From Zygnema circumcarinatum SAG 698-1b (lineage: Eukaryota; Plantae; Zygnematophyceae), in the NCBI GenBank assembly GCA_037447605.1, contig CM074805.1, positions 2,885,361-2,949,360 on the forward strand: a stretch of 64,000 nt of DNA. The letters run 5' to 3'. Position numbers and translations under genes: made by a program. The notes under the pieces were generated by a model, which saw only the letters and a list, made by a program, of their open reading frames with translations, was not told the origin of the DNA and did no database searches. Shown one piece after another: positions 1 through 10,200 of the stretch (position 1 is its first letter; the number at the start of each line of letters is the position of its first letter).

Positions 1-320
1 ACAGAACGACTTTCAGACAGAAAATCGCAACTAAAGGTTTTACAGAAACATGGTCCTCCGAATGGCCCCCTTGAATGAGCTTCAGACAAGCAAGCATGCA
101 AACATGTCGAACGACCACCTCCTTCTCCTATCTCCGCTTCCCTCCCTCCTCCCATTGCTCGCTCCTTCCCCTGCCTCGGCCACTCGCCACACTTCCAATT
201 CCCCTCTCACCCATCTGCCCACCCCGCAGCCCTCCACTCCCCACTCTCCTCCTTCCCCTCCCACTCTGTCTCGCGGTCTTTCCACGCAGCAAAAGGGGCC
301 ATTAATTAGTTGAACCGCAC

Positions 321-2390
321 CTTAGTGACAACGAGGACTATTGGATTGGCTCCTATTAGGTCCCGCACACGCGTAAGGAAGCTTCCGTTGAAATCCACGA
401 TGTCGATCTTAATGATTGAAACAAACAATCATCGGAGACAAGGAACCCAAGACACAAGGAGTAATCTCCAGGCTGTTACACAAGAGAAACTTCACTTGCC
501 CTTACAATAGAGCCACAGTTTGCAAGTTGCCAGGTCCCATATTTCTATATGCAGAGGATAAAGTGGTTTACGTGCCGTCGATTGAACTATTCATCAAAAT
601 GAGCAGGCAAGTGTCTCAAAGTTGTGTTTTTATCCAGAGAGTTCAAACAAGGCAGCATTTTCAATTCCTTAGACTACCAACAACACCCGATAGCAAGCAT
701 CCGTAGCCTCATTTACGTGCTATATGGTCATAGCACACGCAGTATATCTCTGAACACATTATCCCTGTAAAATCAGGATACGATCTCCCAGTGGCATACT
801 CAGAAGCACATTTGCAACGTTTTATGTTTCTGTGCCCGTTCGGTATGTTGCACTGAAGCTATGAGGTCTCTAACACAAAAATTGCCCAGTATAACTTCCA
901 TCGTCTGTCCTAATTCTCTTCCTTCATACAACTGTCCTGCAACCTACTGCAGACAAGATGATCACTGAAAATAATTGAGGGCGAGCTGCGCACGAGAGTG
1001 AGATAGCCGAACTCACCAGTTTCACAACCAGCGCCTTCTGGTGGCGTAAGAACGCGAGCTGTTCCCTCAGCTCCTCGGCAGACACAAACCCTCGACCCTT
1101 TCCATACCCGCCATTTCCCCCCACAGCCGGTACCATGGCTCCCTGTGCCAGCTGGCGGCAGCGCCCACAGAGCAGCGTTTTCAACTGCCGATGCGCCTTT
1201 TTCTGCACGCACCTACAGGTGCCGATAAATCAAAAAGGCAACATGCTTCTCAATTTGGTGTATCTGTTAATGAACTTGTGCTATACACCACCTAAGAAAC
1301 CCACACGAGGTGCTCCTCCCCAGCTAAAGGAAGTTCCAAATGTGATGGAAATACTTCAAACACACAATAGATGCTAACCTCAACAGACTTGCCGAAACTC
1401 TTACCACTTCGTAAATGTCTGGTGCGACATAACCGGGTGATACACTATCCTCCGTCTGAAGGAGAGCACCACATCCATAGCACCCGGCACCTGTCCGCAT
1501 TACAGCCTTCAGCTTTGCGCCTTCGCGTTCTTTAACAACACCAGCATCTCTCCTTCCTTTTCTTGACTTTGCGAAGTCTGGAGAACTCCCCGCTCCCCTC
1601 ATTCCATCCACTGGAAACGCTCTGCTGTCCTGAACAGCTCTCTCCCCCCGCCTCCATGTTGCAGAAAAATTTCTGCTCTGTCCTTGGCTACTTTGGGAAT
1701 AATGTTCGGACCCGTCCTCGCTATTCCTTTGAGATAACCGTGGATATGCGTCGCGGGCAGCGTCCGCAGCAGCAGACTCTCCGGAATATTCGTGCCAGCC
1801 GTCCCTTCCAGAAGAGCGGGAGTCGTCGCCCAAGTCCTTGGAAGTAGGAAGTGCTCCGTGTGCAGTCCGCCTTACGTGAGTTGCATCATTTCTATCACCT
1901 GCAGGAGCTTCAGCCACGCTTTTCCATAAGCAACCTGTGTGCAGCTCGCATGCACTATGACGCTCCACTCGTCTATCTTATTAAATTCCGTGGAAGGGTC
2001 TCGGACGTAGCATGTGCATGCATCAGCTGCTTTTTGTTACGCTTCTGGGAGCTCACAACAAAAGCCAGGCCTTCAGTTCGCTCCAAGCAGGAGGAGAAAA
2101 CAACGCAAAAATTGTTGTCAATTGTACAAAAGAAGCTGGACCGAAAAGGCCTCACATAATTCTCCAAACAAAGTCAGGAGAGAGCAGAGCCATTGACAGC
2201 ATAGAACTAAGCAATGGCGAGGAGAAAAGCAGGCTACAGGCTGGCCTAAGCACGGACCAGGGGCAGCTGGAGACGCTGCTGCAGCAAGCTCCCGGCGTCG
2301 CTCATCCCCGCCAAAGAATGCGTTGCGTGGCCGCCATGGCCTCTCCAGGAGCTCGGCCACGCCGCCATAGCCTAACCGGAGGCCCTCCAT
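321..2390 (-). CDS. NOA1: NOA1/RIF1 (YqeH-family) circularly permuted GTPase, 5' part; the gene continues beyond the left edge
   Basis: GT-AG exons with consistent phases at 2390-2258, 1934-1405, 1202-1017 and 407-321. They give CYGCGALLQTEDSVSPGYV...KKAHRQLKTLLCGRCRQLAQGAMVPAVGGNGGY...FVSAEELREQLAFLRHQKALVVKL|IDIVDFNGSFLTRVRDLIGANPIVLVVTK, which matches the zinc-binding CxxC...CxRC region and start of the G-domain of plant NOA1. The start codon is uncertain (2390, or an in-frame ATG further upstream to 2645). Confidence 0.92.
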
Positions 2391-4177
2391 CCCTCGCAGA
2401 AACCTCCGCCTCGCCGCCTCGCTCGCTCCACCACTCCGCGGACGCGCAGGAGGGTACGACGGGGCGGTGCTCTCTGCCGCCACCGCGACCGCTTCTCCGT
2501 TAAACTGTTCACGGCGTCCCATGTCGTGGATGCGCCCGTTGGGCTCGCGGCCGACATTGTTCCTGCATGCGTGCGCGCATGGGGTTGTTGGAGCGGCTCC
2601 ACAAGCAGCCGTGGCCATGCGCGAGGACAGGGCGGGGGGGTACACGTGGCGCCCATCCCACCCCGCACGCCGTACTTTGCCGTACCGTACGGCCGCGCAC
2701 CGAGGGAGGCGAGGCGGTCCCAGAAATCAGAATAATCTTTTGTCGTCTTGTTCCGACAAAGGACCTGGTCCAGCGCGGCCATGATTGTGTCGAGCGCACT
2801 GCGCGTTGACTCGCGTACGGACGCCACGAGCCCCCCTCTCCCTCTCTCCCTCCCTCCCTCTCTCCGTCTCTCCCTCCCTCTCTCCCTCCCTCCGCCTGCT
2901 GTCGGAGTCGGCGCAGTTCACGTTCGGACGGTGGGGGAGCGCGCGGGGGCTCCCTTCACCGCCGCACTGTGAAGGGAAATGACACAGTCTCATTTACAGC
3001 GTACACATGGCCGTTGCCGTGGCCGTAGCGCACGACTGAACTGGTGCGCCATGTGTCCGCAGTACGGCTGCCGGGCCCTTTGACCCTTGGGCCATGGGAG
3101 AGGAGCGGAGGCCATGGCCGCCTTCCCGCCTTCTCGTCGTCGCATGTAGAGGTCGACAATATGCATGCGTGCTTTATTGTTGCGACGCCATGCAAGAGAT
3201 GGGAAATCGCAAGCAGAATCTCTCTTGAAATAAAGATAGCTGTCCAGCATGAATTGCGGCTGCAACGCATTGCTTTGGTGTGACTTATAGCAAACGGCCA
3301 GGTTTCCATGTTCAATGATGAGCAGCTTCTGCTGTCTATTTAACAACCTCGAAAAAAATAAGGCCAAAAGCAACGATTTGCATAAATACGTGAAACCATA
3401 CTCGTGCAATTCATGCTATCTGCAACAGCAGGTCTCATCATAATGACGAAGGATGAACGACTAGTTTGCGAACTTTTATAGGCTGCTATGCAAAATTACA
3501 AAACTGCTTCCTATTCTTGCTTCCTATTCAAAAGCATAGACACGCTAAGACCAGCTCGGCCCGTGTGGACAGCCACTCAATCGTCCGCACTCACTCGGTT
3601 GCTTAACCGATGGTCGTAACTCTCCGAACCAAACCATGCACTCGCATGCACTGTTATATTCACAACAGTTAACTTATTGTATCAGGCGTGCGCGCACAGC
3701 TGGTAAGTGTGCAAGTAAAGGCTTTACTTTATCCAGCGATCAAGGGCGTTAGACGGTGTGAGTTTGACTGTTTCCTAACTACGGCTGCTCATCTTATTTG
3801 AAAAGGCTTGCTGAACCCACATCGTGGCTGCATGCAGCGAATGCAAATGCAGTTGCTGCAGAAAAATGCCGGAGCTGTCTTCCTTTCCCGTCCATTAAAA
3901 AACACCTCCCCAGAATGGACTGAACTGAAAGCAGGCTCAAGGTCACCCGTTCAAAAAGATTGTCCCTGCAGCATCCACACCAACCAGCAGAGCATTAGAA
4001 CAACAGCCATCAGCGCAATCTCTTTCATCTCGCACATTCAGACAGAAATCATAAGCAGGTCTCATCCTATGAAAGAGCTGGAACCTTTCTCTACTCAGAA
4101 AATTGGTGACGAGGTCTGACTGCCTAGTTCAATTCTGGACGCCGGCACATGGGGAAGGGTTGGTGCTTACTTCAATC

Positions 4178-6392
4178 TTAGTGAGGCAGTGCATAAGACG
4201 CTGCTTCCGAGGATGATGAGAGCTGAGGATCTTCTTCTATTCCATGAATTCCAAAAGCTGACGTATTTTCTAGTAGCCTTCTAGCTAGGCCGGGATTCGT
4301 GCCGAGAAGTGTCCAAAAAGCGTCGGTTATATGCGTCGAATGAACCGACTCGTTCTCCCTGCTGCATTGGATCGGCAAGCTCTGACTGGCGGGGACAGGT
4401 AGGGGAGGGGGGAGCATAGAGAAGGAGCCGCCATTGAAGCTTGCGGCCGTGCAGGACGTGAAGCCGTCGAGCGGTTCCATGTCGGCCCCAGACGGAGCGA
4501 AGCAGACGGCGTTCTGCGCTGCCATGCTCAGAGCGCCCGCAAATATGGCGGACTGCAGCTCCGCTTTCTTGGCGGAGGGCAGACCGGGCGAGCTCGGGGC
4601 TCCTCTCCACCCATCACCGCCGTTTACATGGCCAGGGCCGGGCATGCACGAATCAGTAGGGCAGCTAGCAAAGCTGTTGTTCTCAGAGTTGCATAGAGAG
4701 CCTTGTTGGACGCTCTCTTCCTGAAGGTTAGGATACAAGGATGGGGACTGGCAGTGACTCCATATATCTATGTCTGCCAAGTGAAGTTTGTCAAGCAAGG
4801 AATGTCCTAGAGGTGACGACGATGTGCCACCTCCACGGTGTGGACTAGCCATAGAAGCGTCGGAAAGAAACATGTTTGTGGAGGAAGATGAGTAGCATCC
4901 CGACAGAGCTCTTTCAGGACAGGATCGCATGTCGATCTCAGCTGTGGCCTCTGACACCAACGTCTCCACGTCAGGCGCAGGCTCGGACCAAGCATTGCTG
5001 CAGACGAATGCGCTTTCTATCGCGGAGTGATTGAAGGCACTCGTATTCATCCAGCTTCGGAGAGATGTGGAGCTTTTGACCTGCTTTGCTTCTGCGGCTG
5101 CAATTACTTCTGCAGCGTGCCGCCGCTGGAGGCGCACCGCTGCATCCCTCTGAGCAGCAAGGGAGGCGACTTCTCCAGGGCAGCCAGCTTTCAGAGATCG
5201 CTTCGCCATCTCCTCGAGGACAAGTCGCCTTTCGAAGTCGCCATTGCTTATGTTGGTTATGTGCTCCGGCAGATCTGGGCTCTTCTGCATGCTATGGGAG
5301 GGAGAAACGTCCTCGGTCGGTTTTGCAGGTACTCCATCCTTGGCAGCAGGTTTCCCTTCAGAATCAAGCTGCGCCGATGCATGGCTCACAATGGCCGCCT
5401 TCAGGATGGAAGGCCCGACTCCAAAGGCTGCAGCGGCTCGGATGTCGGCAACCTGCAACGCGCAGAAAGTCAAGAGCAGTCAGGGTGGTCCTTTCGCTGA
5501 ATGGTTCCTCCTATCTAACCGTTCAAGGCAGACAAACAAGTTTGCAAACGCTGAAACAAACTTGCTTCACCAATATCACGGTAGCTGGAAAAAAATCCCG
5601 AGAAAGCGGAACCAAATTCAGGAAGGTAGAGAGAATGCGTTTCAAGATAAGCAAAGCATGTTTTCAAAGACAATGCGAGCAAGCTGAGAGGTATATGCGC
5701 ACCTGCGGGTTTTGCAGGATTCCGGTGAGCACCCGAACATAGCGGTGCTTCAGGTAGTTGTTCCAATGGTTCTGCAATGAGAGAGAGGAAATTCCAACAG
5801 ATTTTAGAATGAATGAAACTGCAGCGTTTGGATGTGCCTGATAGGGAACGTGGAAACAAGTTCAGGAAGTTAAGAGGAGACAAACATGGTAAGATACGGT
5901 TGGAGGGAAAAAGTCACTGAACTGTGCTGTTCCCTAATGTACGTGATAACGTTTGTCAGTTCAGGAAAGTCTCACCTTTACAGCGCTGTCAGTGCGGCCA
6001 TGGAGCTCCTTGGCGATGTGCGCCCACCGCGGGCCGTTGCGTGCGTAACCCAGCGCGATGGCGCGGCTCTCGTCCTCGCTGAAGCGCTCCTTCACCACCT
6101 GCACCCCACTCCCTCTCGTCAGCGCCCTCCCTTGTCTTCGCCGCCAATGTTCCCCGCCAATCCAACCCTCCAAGCCCCCCAGGAAGCCGGCAGGCAGCCA
6201 TGGTGCGCGGCGCACCGCGGGGCTGAGGTGGTTGAGCCAGCGCAGGCGGCAGCTCTTGGGCGTGCGGCGCTCGAGGCCGGGCTCGGCGGCGACCTGCGCC
6301 CAGCGGTGCGCGCCGCGCAGGCTCACGGCGCGGCGCAACGCTCGGTCCTCGGCCCGGCCCCAACACTTCCTCTGCTGCTCGCCCCCCGCCAT
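4178..6392 (-). CDS. R2R3-MYB transcription factor (paralog 1), about 547 aa
   Basis: Exons 6392-6216, 6098-5976, 5771-5703 and 5452-4178, all phase-0 GT-AG. R2 is KCWGRAEDRAL...HRWAQVA...RTPKSCRLRWLNHLSP. R3 is ERFSEDESRAI...[28 protein letters not shown]. A long Ser/Ala-rich C-terminal exon follows. Confidence 0.92.
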
Positions 6393-6599
6393 CGCTGCGC
6401 CTCGCAACCTCCGGTGCAGGTCCAGCCAGCCAGCGGCGGAGAAGGCAAAAGCGGCCCGTAAGGCCTTGCGGCTATGACCCACTGGCCCGCCACCCGCGCA
6501 AGGGAGGCGGCCGCGAACGGGGGGCTTGCTCACGGATCTGGAGGGAGGGAGGGAGGGAGGGAGGGAGAGAGGAGGGGAGGGAGAGAGCGAGGGAGCGCG

Positions 6600-7120
6600 G
6601 CCGTGGGAGCGAAGGCGGAGGCGGGCGAGGAGGGCTACGCTGCGCAAAAGGTCGCCATAGCCCTCGCGAATTTGGCGGCGAGCGGCCGCGGCCGTACGTA
6701 AGGCGCGGCCGCGACCGCGGCGTGTCCGTAGCGGCGGACGGGCGGGCGGCAGCGCTGGGTTTTGCACGTGCAGAGCAGCGCTTCTATTCGCTGTGTCTGG
6801 CCGCGCCGCGTCAGCATGTGCCGGGAGGGAGGCGGTTTTTCGACCGCCCGAGGCGCGCCGGGGCGCCGCCCACGTGGCGGCCACGCCGGCGCGGCATTGA
6901 ATGGGCGGCCGGCCGGCCTCTGGCGCGGGATCGCGCGGATCGGACGGCGGGTGGCGCGGCCCGCGGGGCGGGGCCGAGCGGCCTCGCTAAATGAACCCCC
7001 ACGGCGCACTAATGCGCCGTACGGCCGAAGCGGTCGCGCCGTAGGGCTGGCCGTACGGCCAGCGGACTGCCGACGCGCACGAGCGGGCCGCACGGGCGAA
7101 TGATTGCGCTGAGAGCGGGG
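6600..7120. promoter_or_regulatory. CpG-island promoter region of MYB paralog 1 with G-box (CACGTG) and CCGTAC(G) motifs
   Basis: Very GC-rich stretch directly upstream of the MYB 5' region, with CCCACGTGGC near 6870 and CCGTACG near 6690, 7018 and 7051. Confidence 0.45.
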
Positions 7121-7164
7121 CCTCGCATGGTGCAAGCATTCATGGCCGCGGCCTCGCATGGCGT

Positions 7165-7217
7165 GGCATGGCAGGGCATGGCTTGGCATGGCAGGGCATG
7201 GCTTGGCATGGCAGGGC
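7165..7217. repeat. (TGGCA)-based short tandem repeat with a 20-bp superunit
   Basis: GCATGGCAGGGCATGGCTTG repeated about 2.5 times. Confidence 0.7.
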
Positions 7218-10200
7218 GCTTCGATGGGCGTTTCTTAATGATCGACTCCTGTGGCATGCTTGTTCAACCAAGAGGTAAGAAGCTTTGCAAACGCCATGGC
7301 CTCGCTTCTTGTCGGCACGTGAATGAAGAGTTCAACAATGTTCCACAAAATCGTGGAGGTCATGTTAGAGTGTAACGTATGAAAACACTTGTGAGAAGAA
7401 AGTCTCCAAGGGTTTCCAGCCAAAGATTTTTCATATGAAGTAATGAGGGCATTACGGTCATCGATTTTCACGGATGTTGGATACCAATGAATTGATTCTA
7501 CTTTTGCCATTTCAAGTAACGCCGTTGTATAATATTCATCTGACATCGAATTTGAACTGACATTGACCTCACGATGGCGATGCCATCAAAGGTACATGGA
7601 CAAAAACCACAATGTACCGTTTACAAAGGTCCTACAGACGAATGAAGCAAGCTAGAGAGCTGCACTGCTGGAAGTTGAACCTGCATTTCGCGTGGCCATG
7701 ATGGCGCACTCACTGCCTGCCAGTGCCCGGCCTGCGGCCAATGCATGGCGCCAGCTGGCTCTGCGATCCGCCCGGCCCTTGCAGACCGCCAGCTGCCCGA
7801 CCGGGCGGCTTCGATTGTCGTATGCGGAAGCCGGTCCGCCACAGCGACCCCCCGCCGGCGAGTCGCGTCTCGCCGGTGCGCGCACGCACGGACGGACGGC
7901 CGGACGGCGATCCGCGAGCCGGCCGGCCGGCCGGCCTGGTCCTTCGCGGGCAGACCTAGGGTTGTTCATCGCAAAAACTCTCAAATAGGCGGGAACGAAA
8001 TCATGTGCGTTTACTCACTCACGAGTACAATGACGTGCTGCAAACAACAGCGTTGTCTTCCTCACTAGTTCAAAGTCTTCTGTACATGTTTTCTTGCTGT
8101 CCATTTTGATGATTTCTTTTCGTTACCCATGTCGTGAGAATAACCTATACAGTATATCCGACACATCATAAATCTACACAATTACGGTACAAAAAAAATA
8201 AAGATACAACAGAGAAAAATGATGTATATGTAGACGACATTGTTAGTGGGTCTTTATGGGAAAAACCGATTTTTTTGTATAAGCCTTCTATAAGGAGAAA
8301 TTTCATTCTGAACTGCTCTGTGCTCTCGCATGACCAAAACAATACGGGCATTTTTTCATGCCTGCACTATTCATGGTTTTTTCGCTGAACAAAATTTGTC
8401 CTGCCCGTAAAAATGCCCCGCGGAACGTTGGCCAATGATACCAATAAAGCAAGGCAGCTCTTGGCCCCTTGCTCCTTCTCTCGACGCTCGTGGTTTCCAG
8501 CGAGCTCCGGGAGCTTGCCAATGCCCCTCAGCTCCCCCAATCGAACCCTTAACCAGCATAAGGGACTTTTTTCAAGAGCAGGGCCAACCAGTGGCGCGAC
8601 GCCACGTGGGATTGGTTCTCTGACACGCTTCAGAGGTTGCCACATGTCCGCCAGGCCCAGAGGCGCTTGGGACTCGTTCGCCCGCGCGGTTCGTACGACC
8701 TAACGTACGGTCTGCCATACGGCCTAGGTACTGTACTGTACAGTACAGTACATCGGCCATACTGTATGGTAAGACCGTACGGTCGGTACCACGGTCCTTG
8801 TAGGACCCGCTGCACCGGCCTACGGCGCGGCGGCGCTCGGCTCTTTCCGGCCGGCAGGACGCAACGTTCTGGCGCACTGCCTCCCTCCAGATACGACTAA
8901 GACGACAGCCCCAGCTGGCAGTCCGAACGGCTCGTGTACGGACTGTCTGTAGAACGCGTTATACACGCCACCTGGCGGCATGTCATTGGTCACTGGTCGA
9001 AGGATCTCTGCGTGATTGGGAGACCCCACGGGACAGAAAGCCGATACGTGCGGACACCATTGCGGGGTTTGGGATTGCTTAATTTCACAAATTAAATCGG
9101 ACGTGACACTCTACAAACGAATTAACTCTCTAGAGCGCGCTCGGAACTACGATTTGAAAATTCCGCACGGGGCAGCTTGGAGCCTCGGTTGCACCATGTT
9201 CCGAGATTCTGACCCCATGTTGTTCTTATGAAGAATTGTTCAAGAAACTTAGTTACGATAACGTTGTTTATAGAGATAGAATTGTTTCAAGAAAACACCA
9301 GGACTCTGATAACGCTGTGGATATAATCCCAATGATAGTCGATGCTACAGGCGCGTGAGATTTCAAATTTGAATGGCTTTTTTGAAGCTTTGAAGGTAAT
9401 TATTTGCCCCAAGACCTCGACGGTGCCATTTGGATCTGCCAAATCGACCAAGTGGACCCATAAAGCCATTGACCACTTCCACTAGCCATCGCCTAGGCGT
9501 CATCATTGCGCGCATTATTCCGCCCCTTCAGCGCGCACTGCGCAGCCACAAAAAGTAACGCACATCCGTACATTTGTACATAAATTTACTCCCCCGTCCG
9601 CGTCCGCGTCCGCGTCCTCCCGCCCGCCCGCTCTCCCTAGCCGTACGGTAAGCGCGTCGCGGCGCGGCCCACTTGCTGCCGCCACGCCACGCGGTCCAAT
9701 TAATGGCGATCACGCGCACAAAATATCGCCCGCCCGGCCCCGTCCGACGCAGCGCGGCACGGCACGTGCCCACAGGCGGGCACGTGGCGGTCATGATCGC
9801 CCCGCCCGCGCCCCGACAGGCGGGCCCGCCCCGCCGGGCGGCGCATGTGCGCGGGCGGACGGGCCCGCGGGACGGCGGCGGCGGTTAGCTGTCGGACCGG
9901 CGGGCCGGGGGAGGGGGGGGCGTACGAAGGCTGTACGGCGAAGTCAAGGCAGGGGCCGCGCGTGGCGCCACGTGGCCCACCTCCCGAGCGCCGCCAGGAT
10001 CGCGTCTGACGCGACGGCGGCTTGCGGCGCCAGCGACACGGGCCGCCTCCGCCTGCCGCGTGGCACGCTGAGCGGCGCCTGCGGTCTGACAGGCGTCCAA
10101 GCGTGCGAAGGGGAAAGGAGGGGAGGCAGTACGGGGAGGGAGGCGGCCGCCGGGAGATGCGGGACGGGGAGCGACTGGAGGGCGGAGGATGGGGGGAGGA

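Noticed and set aside
7235-7546. 103-aa minus-strand ORF in AT-richer DNA, a possible transposase relic
   Set aside because: No motif I can recognise. It needs a profile search and cannot be supported from the sequence alone.
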